From Amoebophrya sp. A120 (Eukaryota; Protista; Dinoflagellata), in NCBI GenBank assembly GCA_905178155.1, contig CAJINV010000010.1, positions 295,915 through 359,914 on the forward strand: DNA of 64,000 nt. The letters are read 5' to 3'. The notes below the pieces were generated by a model. It was not told the DNA's origin. It did no database searches and was given only the letters and a program-made list of their open reading frames with translations. Positions 46,101 through 58,100 of this stretch are shown here, piece after piece; position 1 is the first letter of the stretch, and each line of letters opens with the position of its first letter. Made by a program: the position numbers and the translations under genes.

Positions 46101-49100
46101 TAGGGGCGCAAGGGCGCGTCGCGCAGTGCCCTCGCCCCTGATTGTTTGGCTGCGGGGCGGATTTGGGGTCTGCGAAAGAACTACCAAGCGCCAACAAGGC
46201 CGCTGTCCCCGTGGCGGGCGGAGTTTCGTGATTCGGCGCGCGCAGCGATGCAGAGGCCGCTAGGATCAGAAACAATCCCGGGGCGGGTATAGAGTAAGCG
46301 CAAGGGGCCCCGGGGTCGATCCGAAAACCCGCCGCGCCCCGTGCCGTCGCCGAAGCACGCCGGAGAGAATGCGGGCCCTGCGAAGCAAAAATGGTAGGGC
46401 CGTGCTGGCAAGCGGGCCCGGGCGGGTGTGTCGCTCTGCTTAGGCAGGGAAGCGCGGGTTTTGCTGTATTCGCAAGGGCCTGGCATTGTCCTGCCGCGCC
46501 CGGCCGGCCGCTTCCTATGCCCGCCCGCCGGTGCGCAAGGCCGGCGGCGCTCACACACTTAGGGAGCCCACTACGCCGCGCCGCGACGCCTTTCCTTGGG
46601 GGCCTCTGTCTTTGAGGGGCATCCTCCCACTTGGATATCCTGTTCGCCGTTGTGTTGCTTATTCTTGTACATTGTGTTCTTGTAACTACATTCTACTAGT
46701 TGTAGGTCTCGTCTTCAAACAAAAAAGTTTGTTATTTTCGTTCCGTGGTGTTTCTCATTGCAAAGCGCAGCACATCCTCATTCATCTCGTTGGATACACT
46801 CATGCTCAGGTGAACACGATGAAGAAGTGTAGTGAAGATCGATGGTACTACTACTTAGACTTACGTTTACATAACAAGAAACTTTTTATACAGCATTACA
46901 TAGTGATTGTGATTAAGCTTTATCTTACCCCGTCTTTCACCGTCTTGTCCGGTTTGCAGGCTGGGAACATGACGTGCTTGCTATCAAAATGAAAATTCGC
47001 CCCTCCCAATATCGAATCGGAAATCTGTGGAACGCGGGATCATTCGTGTTGTACACGGATCAGCTCTGCCTTGCAGTAAAGGACTGCAGGCAGATGCAAA
47101 GCCCGAATAGTGCCTTTTTGTTGTAGGTGCCTAGCAATGCAGAACTATCCTCTGAATGCCATACTACAGCATTATGAAATTCTCTTAGAATGCAGCGGAG
47201 TCTCTGGGTTTATTCTTGCCTTCTTGCAATAATGATTCTCATTCTGTGGTCCTAAATCAGCATCAAAAATTTTCAGAAGTATCCCTTTTCAGTATGGGGA
47301 GGGGGGACTTTCCTTTACGATACTTGCGCTTGGGCGACAGCGACTTGCTAGTATCGGAATCGCTGTCGGGGCTCTATCCTGTGTAAAAACGTCCCCACCT
47401 CCCCCCAGGGCTGTCATGCAATTTTGCATGCCGAAACTGTGCATCATGCGCAGCCGCATGCGGACCATTTTCTCACACTGTCTGGGACTTTCTTTGTCAT
47501 GCTCTAATCAGGATGAGAACTAGGAGTTAGATTTGATTTGTGATGTGGCTTGCTCACTATATTAGCCAGCCACAAGAACTATACACTCGGGCGAGACCAC
47601 CCAAACCACGTGTCATGCGCACCAGCAAAACCTTCTTGTTGATTTGTGTTGCAAAGTCACCATCTTGACTCTGGGAAGTAGATGGGACGTAGTTTTAACA
47701 CAGGGTAGACTCATACCCTGGTACATGAAGTCCGCAATCACGTCGTCGAGCTGCGTGATGCAGTGTATGCCGTGCAAAAGCAATCTATCATGTAGGCGCA
47801 CTAGCGGTGACGGCATGACAACGTTTTTCAGAGTCAAAGCTAGGCTAGATCATGTCAACATCATGCGCCGGAATCTGTTCATTATACGCAAGATAGTAGA
47901 TGAGTAGATGCATCTATATGTATTTCACGCATGTTGAGCTGGTGTGCGATTCATTAGCATTACTACGTAGCGGCGATGCTTTTGCGGATGATACAGTACA
48001 CGTAGGAACAACACAGGTCGTCACACGAGGTGCCAGCCTCGGTGTCGGTGCCCCTCATTCTGTGAAAAAACGTACCAACCACATGATATTTCTCATGTTC
48101 ATCAAAATCTTGGGAAGCTAACAAGGATCGTCGGGCAACAACATCGCTGTCACTTTACAACGCTGCAGCTGGACGAAACGGTAGCCATTTTAATTTTTCT
48201 CCTCCTCGACAAAGAAGAAGAACTCTAGTAGGCGGCATAAAAATTTCAGCGGCAAAGTGATCTTCACTATAATCGAGAGACAGTCAGGAGCACAGAAAGC
48301 TCCTATGACACCGGCTCCAGGATCATGAGCATCGCACATTTGTTGCAGTTCTTGCCAATGCAAAGTACTAAACCGGGTCGGTACGTTTTTGCTTCGGTGG
48401 ATACCGCATTTTTTGTCTGCATCTAGTGTGTACTTCAGGTCGTGGCTGCCATATCAAATGTAAAAATGTCTGGGTCTGGAAGAATGCGCGATTTGTCATG
48501 CTTCTCTGGCATGACTCTTAAATCTGTCATGCAGGTTACCCAAGAGCCCCAATTTCCTGTCATGCAAAAACGCAGTTTGTCATGCAGAATAGGCAACACC
48601 TAGAAGCTCAGAAACTTGTCATGCTGAGCCAGCACTTATGGCTTCCGCATGATACGCCACCCAGCATCACAAGTTTCCAGACCCAGACATTTTTACATTT
48701 GATATGCCACCTTTATCGACGATCCCCTTCTCGTTGATTTTCAGCCCAACGAGTGTGCAGGGATGCTTGTGACAGTATGGAAGACTCGTCTCAAACTTTA
48801 CTACATTGGTCGCCGTTACTTACATGATTTTGCCAGAATCCAAGACTAGCAAAAAGCGAACTGCATGGACCTCGGGCTTGCGCTTGCGCGTCCTCGTGCA
48901 TCACAGATTAGGCACGGATTCGAATGCAGCTATTCAGGGCGTCGAGAGCTTGCCATGCGGAGTAACTTGATCGTGTGGAGGGTGATAGCAAATTTGCAAC
49001 ATCAACATGTTGACAAGTAATGTATTGCAGTAAACAATATCAAGGTAACGCTCGAGAGTCTCATAAACAGGTTTTGGCGTTTTTCTCCTGCTCAACCAAG

Positions 49101-52100
49101 GACCGGATCTGGCTATACACTGCAAACATATCAGGGTCTGGAAGAACCTTCTATAGACTAGCCTCTCCAGTACCAAGATGCAGATGGGAGACGGTAATGG
49201 TAACAGACTGCACGTCGCAGCAAATAAGCATGAAAAATGTTATGCACAGATTCAGGAGTGATTCGAAAACGAAATGGTGCGCAATACAGGTAGTTTCTTG
49301 TTCTTTTATTCTTCCAGACCCAACCACGTTTGCAGTTCATACTGCCCCGAGAGAGACAAATCTTTCTGCTCCTGCTTGACCAAGTCGGGCATGCCGTTGT
49401 CGAGCGCCGTCGCCGTATGGGTGTGTCAGGATCGAAATCGTCAACGTTGAAATAATTTCTCACGCATAAATTGCAAGGCATGAAGTGCCTCTCTTGCAGG
49501 GACGGCAAGTGAGGCCGACTGTCAGCCTGTTTGGGGTCTGGTGCGCTAGAGCTGCTAAAGTAGCAGGACAAAAGACGCCTTCTGTCCCTGAACGGCATGA
49601 CAAACTGGATTTAGATGGTGCCGAAATTTGTCATGCGCCGCTTGAAAACTGGGCTTCCAACTGGTATCGATTTTAATTTTATGCATTACAAGTTATTTCA
49701 ACTTTGTCGATTTCGATCCTGACAATCCCATACTCCGCGTCGCCATCGTAGTGTTTTTGGCCCTTGACGACATTAGTCACATTTGAAAAGACATCATCAT
49801 CCGTCACGGTTGCTTGCTGTTGTGCCGGCGCTTTCGCATTACCGGGTGAAGGAGCTGGACCTGGACCTGGAGCTGTTTGTTCTAGTAGAGCGGTCGGTCG
49901 TAGTTCCGGCGCCAGTCGTATGCATTGCAAATACGTCTAGGTCTGGAAGGATGCCTGCGAGGTGTGTCATGTATATTTATTTAGTACATGACCCATGATG
50001 TCTGTGATGCATGCCTGAGTAATATCACAGATTTTTTGAAGGCGGTTTCATGCCTCTTCCGCCGGAGAACCAACTTCGTCTCCAAGTAGAAAAAAGAACA
50101 GCCTGACTCTTCTTGCTGCTCATGCAATACAGATTTTTTTAGATTCCAAAGGTAGCATCACAAGTTCCATCCTTCGAGACCCAGACATATCTGCATTCCA
50201 TAAGCCGTGCGTGATCGTCGTTTTCCCCGAAGACCTCGAAGTCCGGGACGAAATTTGCTATCCACTGCAAATTATGCATTGCAAAAGTATCGTACTCGTA
50301 CTCATTGCAGTTATGCATTACAAATCTAGTTGCTAAGGTAAATCAGCATTACAAATTTAATTTGTAATGCTGTATGGCGGGAGCAAAGTGATATTTTTGA
50401 AAATAATAAAATTTTGATCGATGGGTATTTAGGCTTTTGCATTTAGCACACTGTAAAACCATCTATAAAAGGCGCCAATTAACTATATGATTAAGCTAGC
50501 TAGCTAAGGAAGGTCCGGCGGAGCGGCATCAGCACGGAGGAAGGGCGGCCCGGTCGGTTACGGCTGTGGGCACAGCCGTGGAGCAGCAGGTCGTGGAAGA
50601 CGATGTCGAAGGGCCGGCCCCGGACCTTCCTTAGCTAGCTACTTTAACATGGTGCCTAGCTATGCATATCATAAAAATGTAATTAGGTAGTCCCATCGTA
50701 GTATGCATTTTTACCCTTTGTTGAAGTTCCGGGACCCCGATTATGATTGGGCTTGAAAGAAAACCGAAATATTTCCAACGCAGGACAAAAGTTTGGGGGC
50801 GGGCCGAAAAGAAATTGCGCGCAAGCCTCACACACGAGCAACAGTATGGCTTGAATGTGACTAGCGGGCTTCTCGTGCTTCAGGCCTGGAAGAAAACACA
50901 AGCAACCACATGCGAAATCCTTGAAAGTCGCGCGCTCCGTGCGTTTTCGACAACGACTGTCCCCAATCCGCACGCTATCACGTGTTCGACTCATGCTAAA
51001 GCGGGAATTTTGCAAAATGTGAAAAATCGATTTTTCAAAAAAAAAATTTCAAAGGAATTCCAAAAAAATTCCAAAAAAATTTTCGGCGAGCGACAAACTC
51101 TTCAATTTCCGCCCGTGTTTGACGCATTTTTTGCGATGGGTATGAAAGTGGGTAATTTTTCCGAGCTTTTTTGGGGGTGGCAAAAAGTAAATCAGAAAAC
51201 CTGTGGGCGGGCCATGTTATTGCCTGCAAAGCCCGCCCTGTGGCGCATTTCTGAAGAAATGCTGCGCTACAATGTCTAGCGACGCCCCACCCAGAAAGGA
51301 GGTGGAGCCCGATGTCTTCGCGCCTAGGTCAAATTCGCAGGCCGACGCTAATCATAGAAAACGGGGCCAATTGTGGCCGATCGGCTAACGCCTCAAGATG
51401 TGGCCCAATAAGGTCGCCCGGCGCGAAGGCGCTGGAAAAAATTCAACTTGGAAAATTTTTTTCGTTTTCTTTCCGAGAATCTGCCCTCATCATCCGGAGC
51501 CTCAACCTTTGGTTAAAATTTTATTATTTTCAAAAATATCACTTTGCTCCCGCCATATGCTGAGCCAATTTGTATTGCGATTTACACTAGTACGATACTT
51601 TTGCACAGCATACAAATATCTCTAGGTCTGGAACGTTGTGATGCATCTCAGTGAATAGAAAACACACTGCAAGTTTTATGCACCGCGAAGCATGACAGAT
51701 TTACCCGTGTCCCCGTGTTGCGTAATATTCCGCATGAAAAAAATGAAATCACACAGCGTTTTTGCATGACAGACAAGAGGAGTTCTTGCTGGCCACGCAA
51801 TACAGAGGACCTGAGTGGGATCATGCCAGACTACCATGGCAAACTTTTACTTTGCATCCTTCCAGATATATTTGCAATGCATATTTGCTGCCGCGAAGCG
51901 AACCTGCGTCGGGAGGAAAAGTAGCATGCCGACGCTCGTGGCGAAAATCGTACGGAGCGACGCGGTATGAACTGCAAAAGTATCGTACTTGTTTGTATTG
52001 CACTCATGCACGACTACAAATTTTTTTCTTAAGGGAAATCCGCATTACAGTTTTTATTTCCCATGCTGAGGAAATTTGTATATGCAATTTATACGAATAC

Positions 52101-53346
52101 GATACTTTTGCAGTTCATACGCGGAGAGAAAGAAGGAATTCCTGCTCGAGGATGAAGATGTTGATGCTGAGCAGGTGCTGCCCGCCGTCGCTGGTGTTGA
52201 ACAAGCACAAGCACAAGGACGGCAGAAACTCATTTTTTCTTCAGCGCCAGAAGATGGAGATGCCATGTTCTTGACGGATGCAGCACGACCATCACCATGT
52301 CGTTTGCGGCCCGCATGATGTTGCCCGGCTGCTTTGTTCAAATTCAGAAATGATGTTTGTGATCCACTTGTTCTACAACTACTGGCTGTGCCTGCTGCGC
52401 TCCTAGTAGTTGTACCAAAGAGTGCTTTCCCTTTGGCTTTCCTCTTCTCCGTACTACTTTGTGTTGTATCTGCTAGTTGCGGTTCAGCCATACTTCGTCC
52501 TGCCCTCTGTTGACCCACCTTGTTTACAACTGCGCAATTGTAGCTGCTTGTTCCAGCTAGAGATGATGGCGCCGATGTCGGTCGCGGCTCCGCCATTCTT
52601 GCAGTAGTTTTCCGTGGTAGTTCTAGTTGTGACGACGTCAATCTGCTTGTCGTACTACAAGCTGCCGAAGGAGGACCAGCGACTGGTGCAGAAAAAGAAG
52701 CGGAAGCCGGTCCAGAACTACCTTCTTCTCGGTCACTACTTACTGTTGTAGTCATTTTTGCAGCCGCAGTAGCAATGGAACACGAACAACGAGAACTAGT
52801 ACTACGGAACGCCGTAGTTGCACCAGGAGCCGTTGTTGCGCCACAGCTAGACTTCCCACATTGCGTCCTCAGGTAGGTCGTGCACAGCTCTCCTCGCTGT
52901 TCGTGTAGTCGTGTTGATGATGTCGTCGTGGTCACACTCGTCGTCGTGCAAGAACCTCTTCTACTAGCTAGTTCGTGAAGCAGCTGCACACCATCGCCGA
53001 GCTCCTCTTGTTCCCGTGCGGCTCGTCCTTCGTGGCGTTTGATTCTGGAAGAGGAAGTCAACGACAAAGATAATTTAGTTCCTGTTGCTGGAGCTGCAAC
53101 ACTGCTGTTTTCCTGGTTGTTCTTCGTATCGACAAGAGAGCGGTTATTTTTCTGAAGCGAAAAAGTATCGCAGCTATTGTTCGTCTCAGCTTCCTCCCAC
53201 CGCGGTAAAAATGTAGTTGTCATTCCTCGTGGGAGCGATGTGCTGGTTGAGAACAGCCTTCCCGCTTCCGAATAGGCGGAAGGACGTCGGACGTCGCGGC
53301 CCACGTGGCTGCTAGTAGGGTTGGGAGAGCAGCTACACGCTGACAT
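43120..53346 (-). CDS. Large multi-exon hypothetical protein (possibly two genes; 3' end unresolved, may extend to ~41.4 kb)
   Basis: 430-codon Ser/Thr-rich first ORF from 53346. Exons between introners read continuously (FFLSA|SLRTIFATSVGMLLFLPTQVRFAAA|NFVPDFEVFGENDDHAR|LAPELRP). No recognisable domain. Confidence 0.5.
43203..43355. mobile_element. Introner family A
   Basis: Family-A TIRs; DR GACCC. Confidence 0.9.
43494..43767. mobile_element. Introner family C (DR decayed)
   Basis: TATGAGGGTGCATAA..TTGTGCACGCTCATA. Confidence 0.75.
44131..44411. mobile_element. Introner family B
   Basis: Family-B TIRs; DR ACGGA. Confidence 0.9.
44456..44629. mobile_element. Introner family A
   Basis: TATGCATTGCAAAAGTAT..ATACTTTTCCAATGCATA; DR ACGCC. 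Confidence 0.9.
45559..46621. mobile_element. 1.06-kb GC-rich insertion flanked by a 48-bp direct repeat
   Basis: 45511-45558 equals 46622-46669 with one mismatch; insert starts TATGGCGG like the TIR at 50373; no right TIR found. Confidence 0.75.
47375..47707. mobile_element. Introner family F
   Basis: TATCCTGTGTAAAAACGTCCC..GGGACGTAGTTTTAACACAGGGTA; flanks GGCTC/GACTC. Confidence 0.85.
48452..48704. mobile_element. Introner family B
   Basis: Perfect TIR; DR TGCCA; near-identical to 55868-56119 (inverted) and 59071-59337. Confidence 0.95.
49114..49341. mobile_element. Introner family B
   Basis: TATACACTGCAAAC..GTTTGCAGTTCATA; flanks CTGGC/CTGCC. Confidence 0.8.
49416..49732. mobile_element. 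Introner family E
   Basis: TATGGGTGTGTCAGGATCGAAATCG..CGATTTCGATCCTGACAATCCCATA; flanks CGCCG/CTCCG. Confidence 0.9.
49919..50202. mobile_element. Introner family B
   Basis: Family-B TIRs; flanks AGTCG/AGCCG. Confidence 0.85.
50373..51557. mobile_element. 1.2-kb TAT..ATA element with a ~43-bp perfect TIR, no recognisable gene
   Basis: TATGGCGGGAGCAAAGTGATATTTTTGAAAATAATAAAATTTT and its reverse complement ending at 51557; DR TGCTG. Confidence 0.92.
50497..50641. repeat. 22-bp inverted repeat enclosing a GC-rich spacer (possible fourth nested MITE)
   Basis: TAGCTAGCTAAGGAAGGTCCGG / CCGGACCTTCCTTAGCTAGCTA. Confidence 0.75.
51966..52119. mobile_element. Introner family A
   Basis: TATGAACTGCAAAAGTATCGTA TIR; DR CGCGG. 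Confidence 0.92.
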
Positions 53347-55177
53347 GGTGATATTCGGAAATATTGAAAATGCAGGGCGAGCTCGCGATGGTGTAAAAAC
53401 CTGCTGATCAGTAATGTGTGCCCCGCCTCGGTTCGAAGAAGTTCTTACGAAGATAGTACAGCCTCCGACTTTCTACTCATATTGCTGCTGCTTTTCTCCT
53501 GGACAATTGACCGCGAAGTTGATGCTGTAGACCAGCACGACCAGCGATGCTTCTTCTTGGAAAGGCCGGCCCAGCAGATGACCGGGGTGTTGGTGATGTG
53601 TACTCTCAAAACCGCAGTAGACTACACGTTGGAAGCCTGGTTGTCGACGTCTTGCACGACAGACGTCGCGCCGGACTCTGTCGGAGGTGTCACGATTGTC
53701 CTTTTCAAATTAAGACTTTAGTTGTTTCCCTTCTAGTACGCTCAAAAAAATCGGGTTTCCTTGTAGAACCTGCGATAGATTGAAGAGCTGACTTGTTTTT
53801 GAGTTTTTTCTATCTTCGTGTCGTGTTCAGTATGCCTACACCCCGACTGTCCATCGCCAGAAAGTAAATAAACCCTGCGACTTTTTCCGCTCAACGACCA
53901 CCACTCAAGACGTCGCTCTGCGTCCCCGTTCTAGTACTGACGATTTTGACGTTAGAGCGACGAAATATGCTAAAATGTAGTAGAAGTAAGTAGTAGAGTA
54001 CCTCTAATTACTTAAGCAGTGCAGTGGACCAATTTCCCCCCGATACGTTCCGCATCCGCGCCTCTCTTCCTCGACATCAACAGGTTGTACTGGTGTACAA
54101 TAGTCAGGCGTTTTCATGATCATCGTCGCGACCGACGATTTGATTTAGCTTGCTTTTCGATACGAATATATACTCATACTCCAAGAAACGGCAAACAGAA
54201 ACAGAGCCTGCATGCAAACGTGGTCGATGCGAGTGGTATAATCATTCATGGCTCGATAACGAGAACGGCCCCAACAATGCGAAATATCGGAAGATACCTT
54301 TACCTGCGATGCTAGAAGAGCCCTATCAGATTCTATTATTAGTTGCGAAGCAACGAGGTGGGCACGAAAATGAACAAGGCAGGCACCACAATTCTTGCGT
54401 ATACAAATTGAATCGGGATAAGCAGGCGGCTGGGGCTGTTTTAGCACAAAACGTCGGCCCACCAAAACCAAGACGTGGCGGCTCCTACATATTCTACCAG
54501 AATAACAATTATTGTAGATTTGAAATTGTCAACAAACATTGGTGTACAGCAGGTTTTGGTTTTCTTCATTCGAAAAAGAGAAGGGCATTTGCTTCGCATT
54601 TTTTTCCTAATTTTATCAAGAAGAGTGACAGCGGCAGACGAGCACAAAACTTTTAGTTTTCCAATCAACTGCAAGGAGAAGGAAGACCTCGCTCTACGCA
54701 GCTTCGCTTGTCTCTGTTAGGTGTCTTTTGAGAAAAAAATAGGATGTAAAATAGGGCTCCAAGATAAAACGGTTCGGTTCGAGGTTCGTACAATTTTTAA
54801 TGATGATTTTCTGAAGCCGCAGCGAGGGAAGATAACAGTAGTTGTAATGTATTTCATTTGATGGGCTGAGATTCCATTCTGTGTGCAGAGATAGAGAATC
54901 TCAGTGAGTAATAAATATTAAAGCTAATCGTATATACTATCCTGCGAAGAAACATATAAAATTTCAATGTGCGCTTTCGCTTTGTTCTGAAATGAATTTT
55001 CTTGGAGTTGTTGTGATATGCGTTTTGAAATGAATTTTCTTGGAGTTGTGCTTGTCGTGTTCGCAACAGTAAATGAATTACTGCACGACGGTAGCTGAAA
55101 GTGCAAAGAGTCTTTGATATCGATATAAAACACAGAATAAACTGCTTTTCCTTCTCTACTTGTTATTCTTAAATCAG

Positions 55178-58100
55178 TTACAGTTGTTTTATTTTGGTTT
55201 TCCTTCTGGCCATCTTATAATCGTTTCTTCTCATGATCCTGTCATGAATGCACCTGAGACGACCCCCATCTGCACCCATCGGATGGTAGGTCGGAGGACA
55301 TATGCATTGCAAAAGCATCGTACAACTATGTAGAAATCGCATTACAATAAATTCGGCCAGCATGACAAATGGAATTTGTCATGCTTTTTTGCCTTGGGGT
55401 CGAAATTTGTAATGCATCATGACAACTGCGATTACTACGAGTGCGATTCTTTTGCACAGGATAGGACAACATCCACGACAACATTCCTCGTCGTTCGTCC
55501 TTACCTTTCCAACGTATTATGCAAGCATCAGGATTGAAATCGTCAAAGTCGAAATTATAATTTCTCATGCATAAATTGCAAGGCATGAACTGCCTCTCTT
55601 GCAGGGATGGCAAGGGAGGCCCATTGGCAGCCTGTTTGGGGTCTGCGGTAGAGCTGCTAAAGTAGCATGACAGAAGACGCCCTGTGTCCCGAGACAACGC
55701 GACAAACTGAATTCAGACGGTGCCGAAATTTGTCATGAACCGCTTCGAAATTGGGCTTCCAACTGGTATCGATTTTAATATGCGTGACAAACTATTTAAA
55801 ATTTGACGATTTCAATCCTGACATTGCCATACCCTGTAGTGTTTGTGTTTCCGTAGAGATGCTCGCGTATCAAATGTAAAAATGTCTGGGTCTGGAAACT
55901 TGTGATGCTGGGCGGCGTCTCATGATGAGGCCAGAAATGCTGGCTCAGCATCACAAGTTTCTGAGCTTCCAGGTGTTGCCTATTGTGCATGACAAACTGC
56001 GTTTCTGCATCACAGAAAAATGGAGCTCTTGGGTAACTTGCATGACAGATTTAAGAGTCATGCCAGACAAGCATGACAACCATGCATTCTTCCAGACCCA
56101 GACATTTTTACATTTGATATCGTGCATGTTGGCCGCAAACACGACACAGTTCCGGGAAATGAACCTGCGAGTCGTTTATGTAACAATATTAAAGCTGACC
56201 AATTCATTCATCTTTTCCTCAGTCACTTATGCTTTGACTTTGTTTTTGGATGCGTTCTACTTTTAAAGCAAGCTGCCTTCCATCACAGCACAGCACAAAA
56301 TGTCTTGTCAGGTAAGTTCGATTGATGCTGCTCTTTGCCAAGATGATCGTGTACATCAATTTTGTAATATTTCCACACAAATACATAAGTACCTCTCCGT
56401 AATTTCCTGGTACTGGTTGAAAAAGTTCGCTCCTGTGTAGGCTTGGCTCGTATGAAAACGAAAAACCCTATACCGCTTATCCGGCCGCGAAGCATTCAGA
56501 TTCTTTGCCGGAATCATGCAGATTCAAGCCAAGATATGAACCATTTTTGCGGCAAGGCAAGCTGGGATGATGAACAATAATTACTCATCTTTTTCGCAGG
56601 CATGCAACTCGAGCAGCGGTTGCAGCTTCGCAAAATAGCGATAAAGCTTTTCGCTTTTGTAAATCACGAACGAGCAGCACTGCTTGAGCGGAATCCCGAG
56701 CTTCTGCGAGTCACCCAGGATAACGTTGGCCTGAATAAGAATTATATTTTTGATCAAAAAATTCGTCGTGATTCAGCAGTCTATTACTTAGATGAATAGA
56801 ATCGGTGAACAGGAGAACAAGGTGAATCAATTTTTGCGCATTGATCAAAATTGCAGCATACGAATGTAGTCAACGATCCACCTGCAAACCCTGACATCAC
56901 AGTTCCAGTTCTTACCTCCCGGCTGTACGGAATTTTCCAGTCGCTCAGGTTTTCCGAGTACGCAGCTTTATGGGATTGCCAAAGGTTTGAAATCCACAAA
57001 GTTGAAACGATTTGCAATCATACATACTACCGCGGAACAAATTCAATTCATTTCAACTTTGTCGATGTGCTGAAGCCTGACACTCCCATAAGCATCGAGA
57101 CGAGGGTAGTTGTGCCCGCGTGAGTCTGATACGATGAGCCGCAGCCTGTTGTCGGTGTCGGCCACGACACCGCCTTGGACGCCCGTCGTGGAGGTAGGGG
57201 AGTTGCCACCAGATGGAATGAGGTTGATGTCACCAATGAGCTTCGTATACATGGCAAAGGTATCGCACTCGTAGTAACTGTAGGCATGCGTTACAAATCC
57301 TATTCTATAAAGTTAAACTAAAGTTAAATCGGCATTACAAATAAAATTGCGTCTGTCATGCTGAGCAAATTTGTTATGGGGCTTACACACTAGTACGATA
57401 CTTTTGCAATGCATAGTTGTGGTCCTTCACCTTCAACAACGGATCCTCCCACGCGTAGTTCGTCGAGGTGATGGTGTAGGAGCCGCGGATATCCACAGTA
57501 AATTTTCCGTACACGACGTATTTCCCCTACACGACGTACAAATGCAGTCTCTGCATGACAAAATCGGGGCTCGATCCTAGTTTAGCATCACAAGCGTCAC
57601 GCTCCAAATTGGTGTAGTTTGTGATGCATCTTGTACATGGACGGGAAATTTGTATTGCATAGCGAAGCGCGAAGTCGAAATTGATGTCGTCACTGGTCTC
57701 ACTTCCTGTCGCCTTTTCTACGATCTCCTTCTTCACATCTGGGTCGAGATTACCGTCCTTCAAGTCGTTGTTGTAGTTCAGCGGCTGCGCTATGCATTGC
57801 AAATATGTCTGGGTCCTCTGGTGTGTGATGCTGCATTTGGATTCCAAAAAAATCTGCATTGCATGAGCAGCAAAAGCATATCTAATTTTGGCTACGCCGC
57901 GGGGGCATTTGTTACGCGGAATAGGCATCAAGAAGCCCTCAAGAAGTCTGTGATGCTACGGCACGCATCGCAGACATCATGGCTCACGCAAAAGGTGCGT
58001 GACAAGTCTCAGAGTCTTCCAGACCCAGACATATTTGCATTTGATATGCGCGCGCGGCAGCTGGTTCTTTACTGCGCTGACTCCATCTTTGGTGTCCAGA

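Larger units (their letters stand above)
50273..51612. mobile_element. Introner family A inserted in the TIR of the outer element
   Basis: Family-A TIRs; DR CAAAT. Confidence 0.9.
50259..51883. mobile_element. Introner family B, outer element of a nested stack
   Basis: TATCCACTGCAAAT|ATCTCTAGGTCTGGAA..TTTGCAATGCATA; DR TTTGC. Confidence 0.85.

Noticed and set aside
50743-51279. 178-aa ORF inside the 1.2-kb TIR element as its transposase
   Set aside because: No DDE, zinc-finger or other recognisable motif, and it runs through A-tract sequence.
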